DNA of 41,108 nt from Synechococcus sp. Lineage in GTDB: Bacteria; Cyanobacteriota; Cyanobacteriia; Thermostichales; PCC-7336. The stretch covers positions 1 through 41,108 of the forward strand of contig JBFRWD010000004.1 in the NCBI GenBank assembly GCA_051439425.1, read 5' to 3'. Each line of letters starts with the position of its first letter. Positions within the stretch are counted from its first letter, which is position 1. Below, one piece after another: positions 17,359 to 27,655 of this stretch. Made by a program: the position numbers and the translations under genes. The notes beneath the pieces were generated by a model. The model had not been told where the DNA came from. It searched no databases and saw only the letters and a list, made by a program, of their open reading frames with translations.

Positions 17359-18828
17359 GTGATGAAACAGTTATTTTTGAGGCGATTGCTTGCAAGACGA
17401 TTAATTGTCCTGGGCATAAGTGTCTTACTTCTAGTTGCATTGGCGATCGCGAGGCCAACAGCATCCGCACAGCCAGACTTTAAAGCGCAGGTAGAGCAGC
17501 TTGCTCGGAGATCGCCACTAACCCCTGCCACATACACCGTTTCGCTGCGAGATGTGGCGTCAGGAGACGTTGTCGCAGAACTGGGGGGAGATAACAGCAT
17601 GGTGCCCGCCAGCACCCTCAAATTGGTGGGGACGAGCTTGGCCATGAGCGTGTTTCCTAGCGATCGCCGTTTTTCAACTCAACTACTGCTTCCTCAGCCG
17701 GTGGAGTCCGGTGTTGCCGATAGCTTGGTGGTGGTGGGTGGAGGAGATCCTACTTTTGGCAGCCATCAGATTGATGGAAATCCCACGACCGAGCAAATTC
17801 TGGGGGATATTGTTTCCGCCGTTCAAGCTACGGGGATTACAGCCGTACAGAGGTTGGTGGGAGACATCAGTGCTCTGCCTCTGGAGCCCATTCCGTGGTC
17901 GTGGACGTACGACGATTTCGGTAACTATTTTGGTGCTCCGGTCAGTGCCCTCAGCATTCACGACAATTTGTACAAACTGACATTTCAGCCAGGACAAGTG
18001 GGTCAACCGGCAGAGATCGTCGGCATTGACCCCGATCTCAATTGGCTGACGTTCCATAACCAGATGAAAACGGATGCTGCGGGAACGGGAGACAACGGTT
18101 ATATCTTTGGGGTGCCGGGCAGTCGCGATCGCTGGATCAAAGGCACCATACCGGCGGGTGGTGCTTTCCCCATTTACGGAGCCCTGCCCGATCCAGCCGA
18201 TACTTTTTTGCGTTTGTTGCAGACCACCTTACAAGCACGAGGGATCTCGGTGGACGAGATTGCCCTCCAAACTCAACCCGTCTCGCGATCGGGCAGCAGC
18301 ATTCTGTGGGAGCACCAATCCCCCACCGTGCGGGAAATGGTGAATTTCACCAACCAGTCCAGCTTTAATTTGTATGCGGATGGATTGGTTGCCCTTGCGG
18401 TGCAACAGTACGAAGGCAGCAATCCGGTAGCCACCTGGAAGCAAGCGACAGACGCGGAGACCGATTGGCTGAAAGCAATCGGGGTCCCCACGAAAGGACT
18501 GCGCTTGGAAGATGGCAGCGGGTTGTCCCGCCGCAATTTGGTGACAGCCGATGCAATGACGGCGTTGTTGCGTAGCGATCGCCAACAATCGTGGTGGCCG
18601 CAGTTTTGGGAAGGGTTAACGGTGAGTAACGGGCGAGTGCGTCCCAATGGGGTGGCGCGGGGGAAGTCGGGGTTTATCGAAGGGGTAAGAACACTGTCTG
18701 GGGTGATTCGGACTGCCAGCGATCGCGAACTGGCATTCAGCGTCCTGGTCAACCATTACGATGGCAGTGTGGGCGAAGCGAATGCATTCATCAGCGATGT
18801 TTTAGATTTGATTTGGCAGCAGTACTGA
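17359..18828 (+). CDS. dacB: D-alanyl-D-alanine carboxypeptidase/endopeptidase (PBP4, peptidase S13)
   Basis: PASTLK (SxxK), GGGDPTF, SFN (SxN), EDGSGLSRRN and KSG (KTG equivalent); N-terminal signal or anchor. Confidence 0.92.
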   Translation: MMKQLFLRRLLARRLIVLGISVLLLVALAIARPTASAQPDFKAQVEQLARRSPLTPATYTVSLRDVASGDVVAELGGDNSMVPASTLKLVGTSLAMSVFPSDRRFSTQLLLPQPVESGVADSLVVVGGGDPTFGSHQIDGNPTTEQILGDIVSAVQATGITAVQRLVGDISALPLEPIPWSWTYDDFGNYFGAPVSALSIHDNLYKLTFQPGQVGQPAEIVGIDPDLNWLTFHNQMKTDAAGTGDNGYIFGVPGSRDRWIKGTIPAGGAFPIYGALPDPADTFLRLLQTTLQARGISVDEIALQTQPVSRSGSSILWEHQSPTVREMVNFTNQSSFNLYADGLVALAVQQYEGSNPVATWKQATDAETDWLKAIGVPTKGLRLEDGSGLSRRNLVTADAMTALLRSDRQQSWWPQFWEGLTVSNGRVRPNGVARGKSGFIEGVRTLSGVIRTASDRELAFSVLVNHYDGSVGEANAFISDVLDLIWQQY

Positions 18829-18865
18829 CAAGGCTCTACCCCGAACCCCTTTCATCAGGAAAGCC

Positions 18866-19876
18866 ATGCCTCAACTTCATCAATTACCCCGAGCGCTGTT
18901 GGGATTTTTTCCAACTCCTGTGGTCGAGCTAGCGCGGTTGTCTGCTTTCTTGAACGGCCCCAAGCTGTGGATGAAGCGGGATGACCAAACGGGGTTGGCG
19001 CTAGGGGGAAACAAAACTCGCAAGCTAGAGTTTCTCATCGGAGCCGCCTTGGCTGCGGGGGCCGATACCGTGGTGACGGGTGGAGCGGCGCAATCCAATC
19101 ACTGCCGCCAAACTGCCGCTGCTGCCGCCCTGTGTGGGTTGGACTGTCATTTAGCGTTGGGGGGAACTGCCCCTGCCGAGATAGCGGGAAATCTCTTACT
19201 CGATCGCCTGTTTAATGCCCGCATTCACTGGTCGGGGGATGCCCGCAAAGGGGAGACGATTCCTCATATATGTGCGGAACTGGAACAAGCGGGTCGCAAG
19301 CCTTATGTGATTCCCTACGGCGGTTCTAACCCAATGGGTGCTGCAGGATTCGTAGAAGCGCTCCACGAAATCAACCAGCAGAGTCCCGGTCTATCGAAAG
19401 CTTTTACTCACATGGTTTTCGCGTCCAGTTCGGGGGGGACTCAGGCCGGATTGATGGTGGGTCAAGCTCTGTATGGTGGGGATTTTGAGATTATCGGAAT
19501 TGCGATCGACAAGGAACCAGCAGCGAACGGTGAGCCTGCAAACGGACGATTGTTTTCTGACTCGGTGCTAAGGCTGGCGAATGAAACCGCCAGATATTTG
19601 GAAGTCGATCGGTCGTTTTCCGATCGCGATCTCGTACTGCGATCGGACTATGTCGGAGACGGCTACGGGATGGTGGGCGATTTGGAGCGGGAGGCGATTG
19701 CTATTATTGCCCAACAGGAAGGCGTTTTGCTCGATCCGGTCTACACGGGGCGAGCGATGGGGGGCTTGCTCGACATGATCCGAGCAGGGGAATTGACCAA
19801 AAGCGATCGCGTGCTGTTTTGGCATACTGGCGGTGCTCCAGCACTATTTGCCTACAGCGATCGCCTATTGTCCTAA
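18866..19876 (+). CDS. dcyD: D-cysteine desulfhydrase family PLP enzyme
   Basis: Motifs KRDDQTGLALGGNKTRKLEF, QSNHCRQTAAAA, SSSGGTQAG, LDPVYTG and WHTGG. Confidence 0.85.
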   Translation: MPQLHQLPRALLGFFPTPVVELARLSAFLNGPKLWMKRDDQTGLALGGNKTRKLEFLIGAALAAGADTVVTGGAAQSNHCRQTAAAAALCGLDCHLALGGTAPAEIAGNLLLDRLFNARIHWSGDARKGETIPHICAELEQAGRKPYVIPYGGSNPMGAAGFVEALHEINQQSPGLSKAFTHMVFASSSGGTQAGLMVGQALYGGDFEIIGIAIDKEPAANGEPANGRLFSDSVLRLANETARYLEVDRSFSDRDLVLRSDYVGDGYGMVGDLEREAIAIIAQQEGVLLDPVYTGRAMGGLLDMIRAGELTKSDRVLFWHTGGAPALFAYSDRLLS

Positions 19877-19988
19877 ACGCGCTTTTTTGCAGCGAATACT
19901 CAAAGACGGTCTTGAATTCTTATGATGAATGGGACCATCGTTCCATCGATCTAGAGGCTCCTGCCCCTTGCTTGCCACAGACTCCTCA

Positions 19989-20597
19989 ATGACGGATACC
20001 GTTAGTCAGGCCGCTGCGCGCGTCAAATTTTTAGTCGCCCAAACATCGACTGCATGGGTCGAGCTAGCGCTATCAAACCTGGACGAAATCCTTCTGGATC
20101 ACTCCCATTGCGAGCGCAAAGCGGCCAGCGCAGCCCTCAATTTGATGTTTCGCTATCCCTCTTCTCAAAAGCTAGTCAAGATGCTGACGGCGATCGCCAA
20201 AGAAGAGCTAGAACACTTCGAACAAGTCAACCGCTGGTTGGAAAAGCGCGGTGTTCCACTAGCCCCCCTCAATGCTCCCCCTTACGGTGGCAAGCTTAAG
20301 GCACTCGTTCGTCGCAACGAACCCGATCGCATGCTCGACTTTTTATTGGTTAGCGGACTCATCGAAGCCCGCAGCCACGAGCGCCTGGGCCTACTCGCAG
20401 AACACATACCCAACCCCGAACTAGCGGCGTTCTATCGCGGACTGATGGCCTCTGAAGCCAGACACTATGGAGCCTATTGGGTGTTAGCCGACACGTATTA
20501 CGATCGCAACCAGGTGACCCAGCGATTGGAAGAACTAGCCGCAGCGGAAAGCGAGATTTTATCCACCCTGCATCCCGAACCGCGAGTTCATAGCTAA
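19989..20597 (+). CDS. miaE: tRNA-(ms2io6A37) hydroxylase
   Basis: Di-iron ferritin-like motifs DHSHCERKAA, EELEHFEQV, LIEARSHER and SEARHY. Confidence 0.92.
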   Translation: MTDTVSQAAARVKFLVAQTSTAWVELALSNLDEILLDHSHCERKAASAALNLMFRYPSSQKLVKMLTAIAKEELEHFEQVNRWLEKRGVPLAPLNAPPYGGKLKALVRRNEPDRMLDFLLVSGLIEARSHERLGLLAEHIPNPELAAFYRGLMASEARHYGAYWVLADTYYDRNQVTQRLEELAAAESEILSTLHPEPRVHS

Positions 20598-20629
20598 TCG
20601 GCTCACAACGAGTTAGGGATTCACAATTA

Positions 20630-21136
20630 ATGCACCAAACCTACCGTCAGTTTTTAATTCGCGACTGGGAACCTCGCGATCGCCAAGCCGCCGCCAACCT
20701 GATTGGCTCGGTACTTGCGGAATATGGCTTGGGCTGGGAACCGGATGCCACCGATCGAGATGTGGTGGATGTGGAGGGCTGCTATCACGCCAACGGAGGG
20801 GAATTCTGGGTGGTTGAAACTGGAGAGCGTGTTGTCGGCACCGCCGCCTATTACCCCATCGAGCGCGGAGAGAATGCTGTAGAGCTGCGCAAAATGTATC
20901 TACTGCCCGAGGCTCGCGGCCAAGGCTTAGGCCGATATTTGCTATCTGTGGCTGAAGAGGCGATCGCGGCCAAGGGGTTTGGCGAAATTTGGCTGGAGAC
21001 TGCCACAGTCTTAAAAGAGGCTTGTCAGCTTTACGAACGAAATGGTTATTGTCCTCCTGAAGGCAATGTGGGGCCGGACGTGCAACGGTGCGATCGGGTG
21101 TATTTCAAAGTTTTGAGCGATCGGAGTGGGGATTGA
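20630..21136 (+). CDS. GNAT family N-acetyltransferase
   Basis: Motifs ELRKMYLLPEARGQGLG and ACQLYERNGY. Confidence 0.9.
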   Translation: MHQTYRQFLIRDWEPRDRQAAANLIGSVLAEYGLGWEPDATDRDVVDVEGCYHANGGEFWVVETGERVVGTAAYYPIERGENAVELRKMYLLPEARGQGLGRYLLSVAEEAIAAKGFGEIWLETATVLKEACQLYERNGYCPPEGNVGPDVQRCDRVYFKVLSDRSGD

Positions 21137-21150
21137 GGGAGGGCCTTTTT

Positions 21151-21178
21151 GTCCTTAGTCATTGGTCATTGGTCCTTG
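21151..21178 (+). repeat. STRR-like heptamer tandem repeat (4 units)
   Basis: GTCCTTA-GTCATTG-GTCATTG-GTCCTTG directly after the GNAT stop. Confidence 0.7.
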
Positions 21179-21245
21179 GCTCTCGATCCTCTGTGCTTTA
21201 TCTTTGCCGTTTTCGCTTGCCAAACGAAATTGAGAAGAGTCAGCT

Positions 21246-21723
21246 ATGTTCGAGCAATGTGTGCGCGGGTTACGAACGCTTCCAACGCTCCGACAGGTTG
21301 CCGAACTCGTGCCGTTAGCTCTTGGCTTTGGGGCGATCGCCTACAGTCTCGATCCAGATTTGATCGATCTCTGACTCAGGCCTAGCGCCCAAAAGCTCGC
21401 GTTTGTTATTCCACTCACCTTCGTCGTGCCGGCTCTGATGGAAGAAGTGGTGTTTCGCGGTTTGTTAATGCCCGCATTCAATTGGCGTTGGGCAGTTGTC
21501 TCAACTACGTTGTACGTTCTTTGGCATCCGATCGAGGCTTATACCTTTTTACCTGCCGCTGACCCTCTTTTCAGACAACCAGTGTTCTTAGGGTTAGTGA
21601 CAGTTGGGGGGACTCTGTGGATTTGTTTATTGGAGAACGGGTTCTTTGTGGACTGGCGTACTCCTTCATTGGTGGGTAGTGGCTGCTTGGAAGGCGCTGG
21701 GAGGAGCGGGATTTATTGCTTGA
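21246..21723 (+). pseudogene. CPBP (CAAX/Abi) intramembrane metalloprotease pseudogene
   Basis: Starts MFEQCVRGLRTLP, has an in-frame TGA at 21372-21374, then MEEVVFRG and YVLWH. After a frameshift near 21603 it reads CGFVYWRTGSLWTGVLLHWWVVAAW...*. Confidence 0.8.
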
Positions 21724-21840
21724 GAGACTGTATGCAATCAACGTTTGTTGAAGAACTTCTAGCAGAGCTGGGACATTGAGGCTCTTCTCGGCATGTTGAA
21801 AACTCGCGGCTTTCGGATTGAGTAGAGCCCAGCCTGGAGC

Positions 21841-21918
21841 TATAGCAATCTGCTGCAAGGTCTTTTGATTTTCACGAAAAAGTAGTCAGGGAAGTCTCTA
21901 TAGCGGATTGCCGATCGC
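21841..21918. mobile_element. MITE-like dispersed repeat, copy 2 (internally shortened)
   Basis: TATAGCAATCTGCTGCAAGGTCT ... AAAAGTAGTCAGGGAAGTCTCTATAGCGGATTGCCGATCGC, with ends nearly identical to 17096-17196. Confidence 0.7.
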
Positions 21919-21938
21919 GATAAATTTAACCGCAACGT

Positions 21939-22757
21939 TCAAGCCTCCTCAGATTGGAGGCGAGCAACAAAGGATTGAAATTTTTGCAAAATATCGGCTG
22001 CGCGATCGCCGACGATTCGCAGAATTCGATCGCCAGCGTTTGATTCAACCGACCATTGATTCTCCGTGTCTTTCCACTCCAGCAACGGCCAATCTCCCAA
22101 CAGATACAGTGACCCCCAGCAGGTATGGTTCTCCAGAACGCCTGCTGTTGTTAAGGCTGAATGGGGGAAACTCGACACAATCGCCTCCCGCAAAACTGGA
22201 GCACCATCACGGTCGATCCGAAGTCGATTACTCAGACGCTTGAATCGCCATTGCTCCAGTTCTGCTGCTCCGGCCGGGGCAAATTCTTGGCTCATGGCCA
22301 ACCGGCCTGCAGACCATACCTCTCCATATGCCAAGCGAGCACCCGGAGCCAGCGTTACATTCACCGTCTGTTCGAATTCGGTATCGGTGCCCAAAATCGA
22401 CGGATGGTTCACCCACACCAGACTACTGTCAGTCTCTAGGGTCAGATCGATCGCTTGGCGGGATAAACCGGGGTGCAATCGAGTGGCGCTTTGGGTACGA
22501 ATCTCCACATGAGCATCTGCTTCCAAACAGATAGAGATCGACTGGGCATCCCCCCGCAACAACCCTCCATTGGGGTTGCGTAGATATAGTAATTGGCGGC
22601 GATCGCTAGGGTGCAGTGGCCCCAACCATTGCAGCGGAGCACAGGAATATTGGTGGGTGACAACCGTGCGACCGGAACGTTCGCGGGCAACCAGCTCTGC
22701 ACGGCCCAGATTGGTCGCGGCAGGATCGGTAGCGATTGGTGTAGACAGGAACGTCAT
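21939..22757 (-). CDS. ureD: Urease accessory protein UreD
   Basis: Motifs NPNGGLLRGD, RTQSATR and EVWSAGRLAM; starts 2 bp after the ureG stop. Confidence 0.85.
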   Translation of the reverse strand: MTFLSTPIATDPAATNLGRAELVARERSGRTVVTHQYSCAPLQWLGPLHPSDRRQLLYLRNPNGGLLRGDAQSISICLEADAHVEIRTQSATRLHPGLSRQAIDLTLETDSSLVWVNHPSILGTDTEFEQTVNVTLAPGARLAYGEVWSAGRLAMSQEFAPAGAAELEQWRFKRLSNRLRIDRDGAPVLREAIVSSFPHSALTTAGVLENHTCWGSLYLLGDWPLLEWKDTENQWSVESNAGDRILRIVGDRAADILQKFQSFVARLQSEEA

Positions 22758-22759
22758 CC

Positions 22760-23383
22760 TTACGCAACTGGCTGAGCAAATAGGACTTCGCGATCCAGCC
22801 AGTCGATGATGCGATCTAGCCCTTCACCGCTGCGCAAATTGGTCATCAAAAACGGTCGCTCTCCGCGCATCCGCTTGGCATCCCGAGCCATCACGTCCAA
22901 ATCGGCTCCGACATAGGGGGCGAGGTCAATCTTGTTGATGACCAGTAGATCGGAGCGGGTAATTCCCGGCCCTCCTTTGCGGGGGATTTTGTCCCCTTCC
23001 GCCACATCAATCACATAGATGCAGCTATCCACTAACTCGGGGCTGAAGGTAGCTGCGAGGTTATCGCCTCCCGACTCCACCAGAATCAGATCGAGAGGGT
23101 TGAACTTTGCTTCTAAAGCGGCGATCGCATCTAAGTTCAGCGAAGCATCTTCACGAATGGCCGTGTGAGGACAGCCACCGGTTTCCACGCCCACAATGCG
23201 ATCGGCAGATAGGGCTTCGGCCCGCACCAAAAACTCGGCATCTTCGCGGGTGAAGATATCGTTGGTGACCACCGCGATCGACAGGCGCGATCGCAGTTGC
23301 TTGCACAAGGCTTCCACCAAAGCCGTTTTTCCCGACCCCACTGGGCCACCAATGCCCACCCGTACCGGTTGCGTCGCAGCCAT
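22760..23383 (-). CDS. ureG: Urease accessory GTPase UreG
   Basis: Motifs [39 protein letters not shown] and NKID. Confidence 0.97.
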   Translation of the reverse strand: MAATQPVRVGIGGPVGSGKTALVEALCKQLRSRLSIAVVTNDIFTREDAEFLVRAEALSADRIVGVETGGCPHTAIREDASLNLDAIAALEAKFNPLDLILVESGGDNLAATFSPELVDSCIYVIDVAEGDKIPRKGGPGITRSDLLVINKIDLAPYVGADLDVMARDAKRMRGERPFLMTNLRSGEGLDRIIDWLDREVLFAQPVA

Positions 23384-23525
23384 ATCGCACCCTCGATTCG
23401 CTGTAAGCAACCATATCCTTCACTTATAGAAGAAAGGCACGAATATCGGCATTTTTTAGCACTTATGGTTTGAATTGCGGCCATAGAATAGGACGAAAGG
23501 AATTTAGCATCCCCTACGGGCCTCC

Positions 23526-26291
23526 ATGAGCCACAGCCCAACCGATACCGCCGCCAATACCTACGACTACGACGTGTTTATCTCCTACAGCTCTGCTGAT
23601 AAGAAGTGGGTGCGAGGGGAACTGCTGACGAGGCTGCGAAAGGCGGGTCTAAGGGTTTGTATTGACTATGAGGATTTTCGACCAGGGGCACCCGCGATTA
23701 AGGAGATGGAGCGGGCGGCGATGACAAGTCGAAAGACTCTGCTGGTGCTAACGCCTAATTATTTGAAGAGTGGCTGGACGGAGTTTGAACGGTATTTGTT
23801 GCAAACCCAAGATCCGACTAATACGGAGCTGCGATTGCTGCCTGTATTGAAGGAGGCTTGTGACCTGCCGCCGAGCATTAGCTATCTGAGTCATGTCAAC
23901 TTTACCGACCCGGAAGAACTGGATATTGCCTGGAAACAGGTTTTTCGAGCGTTTGGAATTGTAGAAGGTGAAGCGGCACCACCGCAGGAAGAGACACCGC
24001 ATCAATGGTTTCTGGCTCACCCCTATGGGATGCCGCCGTACTTTACGGGGCGCACCGCCGAGCGACAACTACTGAGTAAATGGTTGAATCATGGAACCCA
24101 GCCATTGCTGGTGCTGCGGGCTTTGGGGGGCTTTGGCAAGAGTGCGCTGACCTGGCATTGGCTGCTGCACGATGTAGAAGAGCGGGATTGGTCCGAGGTG
24201 GTGTGGTGGAGCTTCTACGAAGAGAAAGCGGGGTTTGATAATTTTGTCTCTGCCACGTTGGCCTACTTAAAACAAAAGCCAGAGGGCTTGAATCCGTCAG
24301 AGCGGGTAAGGCGGTTATTGGAGTATTTGCAGCAGCATCGGATTTTGTTGGTGCTAGATGGGTTTGAGCGGGAGCTGCGGGCCTATGGCAACTTGGGGGC
24401 GGCCTACCAGGGAGATGGGGAACGGGACATCGCCGATGCGGGGCGCGATTGTATTAATCCGGGGGCGGAGTGGTTTTTGCGGAATTTGGCGAGTTTGCCG
24501 AAGCTGCAGGGCAAGGTGCTGATGTCTACCCGGCTGCGGCCACGTCCGGTGGAGGTGACTGGGGGGGAGCTGCTGCTGGGCTGTCAGGAGGAAGAGCTGA
24601 CGCAGATGCAGGCGGCGGATGCGGTGGAGTTTTTTGAGGTGCAGGGGATCAGGGGTAATCGTGGGGAGATTGAGCAGGCTTGTGGGGTCTATGGGTTTCA
24701 CCCGTTGAGTTTGCGGTTGCTGGCGGGGCTGGTGATCAAGGACTTGCGCAATCCGGGGGATATTCAGGCGGCGCAGCGGCAGAATTTGACGGAGAGCCTG
24801 GTGCAGCGGCAGCACCATGTGTTGGAGCAGTCCTACAACGGTTTGAGCTTGGATGGGCGGAAACTGCTGAGTCGAATTGCCTGTTTTCGCAGTCCTGTGA
24901 CCTTTAAGGTGCTAGCGGCGTTGGCGACAGAGGAGTCCGATCTAGAGTATGCGCTGCAGGATTTGCTCGAGCGGGGACTCGTGCAGCGGGAAGGTAGGCG
25001 ATTTGACCTGCACCCGATTGTGCGGCGCTATGCCTATGACCGCATGGGCAGGGCAGAACGCAGTAGCGCCCATGGCCAACTGCGGGACTACTTTGCAGCA
25101 GTGCCAGCGGCGGAGCGAGTGAAGACGCTGGATGACCTGGTCCCGGTGATTGAGCTTTATCACCATATGGTGCGGGTTGGGCAGTATGACGAGGCGCTTA
25201 AATTGTTGCAAGAGCGCTTGATGCCTCATCCTCTTTACTTCCAACTCGGAGCTTACCAACAATGCATCGAACTCCTCCGTGCCCTCTTTCCCCAGGGCGA
25301 AGCCCAGCCCCCCCAACTCCAGTCTGAGGGTGACCAGAGTTGGACGCTGATCGAGCTGGCCAACAGCTCCAGCCTCAGCGGCCAGCCCGCGCAGGCTGTG
25401 CCCCTGTTTGAGCAAGCTGCCTCTCTTTACGAAAATGAGCCAGACGAGAATACTTCAAAACGCAGAGTGGCGATCTGCCTGGTAAACCTGGCTGATGATC
25501 AATTCAAAATCGGTGCCTTACAAGCCGCCGAAGTCAACCTGCGCCGTGCGATCGCCCTCGGCCAGGAGATTGAGAATGAGTTCCAGGAGGCGGTGGGGCA
25601 CTCAGAATTGGGGCCACTGTTGGCTTATCAGGGAGACTGGGGAGCAGCGGCAGAGGAGTTGGATCGGGCACTAGAACTATTTGGGAAAGTGAATACTGTT
25701 CAATATCAAGTCGTAACATGGAGCTATCGAGCTTTGAGCGCCTTGCTGCGGATCCGATCGCCCCAAACCTCCGTTCCACAGCGGACTGAACTTGCCGCCA
25801 CCGCCCTCGCTGCCGCCCAGCGTTCGATCACCCTTGCCGATGAATTTGCCCGCACCAGTTTCCCTGTGAAACAAGACTACGCCCGCGCCCACTGGTTCCT
25901 TGGTGCCGCCTACCGCCTCACCTACGATCTCTTGCAGAGCGACCACCACCTCAACGAAGCCCTCCGCCGCTCCCGTGCCATCAACTTAGTTGAAGTTGAA
26001 GCCGATATCCTGCTCGACCTCGCCCGCCTCCGCCGAGACCAGAACAATCTCCCCGAAGCCCACCGCCTCGCCGAAGACGCTCGCGCCATTGCAACCCGCA
26101 GTGGCTACGTCCTCCAAGGGGCAGATATTCACCTATTTTTGGCAGAGCTAGCCCAGGCAGCGGGCAACCTGCCCGAGGCGCAGACTTTGGCCCAGACGGC
26201 GTTGCAGTTGGCCACCTGTGATGGCGGCGAGTTTGTTTACCGGGTCGCTTACGACCAGGCTGAGGCAATGCTGTTGCAGCTAGGAGGATAA
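23526..26291 (+). CDS. TIR domain - STAND (NB-ARC-like) NTPase - TPR protein
   Basis: TIR motifs YDVFISYS, DFRPG and SGWTEFE. NTPase motifs FTGRTAE, Walker A GGFGKS, Walker B LLVLDGFE, FHPLSL and FDLHPIVR. Helical TPR-like C-terminal third. Confidence 0.88.
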   Translation: MSHSPTDTAANTYDYDVFISYSSADKKWVRGELLTRLRKAGLRVCIDYEDFRPGAPAIKEMERAAMTSRKTLLVLTPNYLKSGWTEFERYLLQTQDPTNTELRLLPVLKEACDLPPSISYLSHVNFTDPEELDIAWKQVFRAFGIVEGEAAPPQEETPHQWFLAHPYGMPPYFTGRTAERQLLSKWLNHGTQPLLVLRALGGFGKSALTWHWLLHDVEERDWSEVVWWSFYEEKAGFDNFVSATLAYLKQKPEGLNPSERVRRLLEYLQQHRILLVLDGFERELRAYGNLGAAYQGDGERDIADAGRDCINPGAEWFLRNLASLPKLQGKVLMSTRLRPRPVEVTGGELLLGCQEEELTQMQAADAVEFFEVQGIRGNRGEIEQACGVYGFHPLSLRLLAGLVIKDLRNPGDIQAAQRQNLTESLVQRQHHVLEQSYNGLSLDGRKLLSRIACFRSPVTFKVLAALATEESDLEYALQDLLERGLVQREGRRFDLHPIVRRYAYDRMGRAERSSAHGQLRDYFAAVPAAERVKTLDDLVPVIELYHHMVRVGQYDEALKLLQERLMPHPLYFQLGAYQQCIELLRALFPQGEAQPPQLQSEGDQSWTLIELANSSSLSGQPAQAVPLFEQAASLYENEPDENTSKRRVAICLVNLADDQFKIGALQAAEVNLRRAIALGQEIENEFQEAVGHSELGPLLAYQGDWGAAAEELDRALELFGKVNTVQYQVVTWSYRALSALLRIRSPQTSVPQRTELAATALAAAQRSITLADEFARTSFPVKQDYARAHWFLGAAYRLTYDLLQSDHHLNEALRRSRAINLVEVEADILLDLARLRRDQNNLPEAHRLAEDARAIATRSGYVLQGADIHLFLAELAQAAGNLPEAQTLAQTALQLATCDGGEFVYRVAYDQAEAMLLQLGG

Positions 26292-26420
26292 GAACGTTAC
26301 AAGCACACCGCTCATGTCATCCGTTTGCTCTCGCTAACACAAACGACTTTGCGACCCTGAAGCGATATGATTGGTTGGCGAAATCGCCAAAACTTCATCA
26401 CCTCTAAGCAACCACCGAAC

Positions 26421-27593
26421 ATGCTCGAACCCCGTCGTGCGGTCCGCAAACCCGCTCTGCTCGTACTGGCAGACGGCACTACATTTTCTGGATACTCCTT
26501 CGGCGCAGAAGGAACCACCATCGGCGAAGTGGTTTTCAACACAGGCATGACCGGTTACCAAGAAGTCATGACCGACCCCAGCTACTGCGGTCAGATTGTC
26601 ACCTTTACCTATCCCGAACTAGGCAACACCGGCATTAACCCCCTCGATACAGAATCAGAGCGACCCCAAATTAACGGCGTCATTGCCCGCAACATCTCCC
26701 GCATCCCCAGCAACTGGCGCAGCACCCAACCCCTACCCGAATATTTAGCCGAGCACGATATTGTCGCCATCTACGGCATCGACACCCGCGCCCTCACGCG
26801 TAAATTGCGCTCTCAAGGAGCCATGAACGGCGGCATCTCCACAACCATCCTCGACCCAGATGAACTGCTTCAGCAGGTCAAAGCCGCCCCCAACATGACC
26901 GGCCTCAACCTAGCCGAAAAAGTCACCACCTCCCAGTCTTACGAATGGGCTGAAGCGACCAACAGTGAATGGGCATACGGCAATACCCAAGAGCAACAAC
27001 CTCAGGAGTTAACGGTCGTCGCTCTCGACTTCGGCGTCAAACGCAATATTCTCCGACGATTGGCCACCTATGGCTGCCGCGTCATTGTCATGCCCGCATC
27101 CACCCCCCCTGAAGAAATCTTCAGCCACAATCCCGACGGCATTTTTCTCTCCAACGGCCCTGGAGATCCGGCGGCAGTGAAGGAAGCGATCGCCACCACC
27201 AAAGAACTCCTCAAAGCCAACAAGCCCCTGTTCGGCATTTGCTTGGGCCACCAAATCATTAGTTTGGCTATGGGCAGCGAGACTTTCAAACTCAAGTTCG
27301 GTCACCGCGGATTGAATCAACCCTGCGGCCTCCAAAAACGCGTCGAAATTACCAGCCAAAACCACGGATTTGCCGTATCTGCCGACTCAGTCGAACGCAC
27401 TAACGATGGCGGCACTTCAGAGTTTGAAATCACCCACCTCAACCTCAACGATCGCACCCTTGCCGGTATCCGCCACAAAACCCTGCCCATCTTCTCCGTG
27501 CAATACCACCCCGAAGCTAGCCCCGGCCCCCACGATGCCGACTACCTATTCGAACAATTTGTCGATGCCATGCGAGCGGCAAAAGCGGGTTAG
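26421..27593 (+). CDS. carA: Carbamoyl-phosphate synthase small subunit
   Basis: Motifs [35 protein letters not shown] and [12 protein letters not shown]. Confidence 0.98.
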   Translation: MLEPRRAVRKPALLVLADGTTFSGYSFGAEGTTIGEVVFNTGMTGYQEVMTDPSYCGQIVTFTYPELGNTGINPLDTESERPQINGVIARNISRIPSNWRSTQPLPEYLAEHDIVAIYGIDTRALTRKLRSQGAMNGGISTTILDPDELLQQVKAAPNMTGLNLAEKVTTSQSYEWAEATNSEWAYGNTQEQQPQELTVVALDFGVKRNILRRLATYGCRVIVMPASTPPEEIFSHNPDGIFLSNGPGDPAAVKEAIATTKELLKANKPLFGICLGHQIISLAMGSETFKLKFGHRGLNQPCGLQKRVEITSQNHGFAVSADSVERTNDGGTSEFEITHLNLNDRTLAGIRHKTLPIFSVQYHPEASPGPHDADYLFEQFVDAMRAAKAG

Positions 27594-27655
27594 CTGTAGA
27601 GGTTCCTCAAACTCTCCCAAAGTCCTAAGTTAGTCATCAACCTGGTTGTAGCCTC

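Noticed and set aside
18866..19876. ACC deaminase (acdS)
   Set aside because: It has Thr in DPVYTG and HTGG where true ACC deaminases have Glu and Leu, which fits D-cysteine desulfhydrase.
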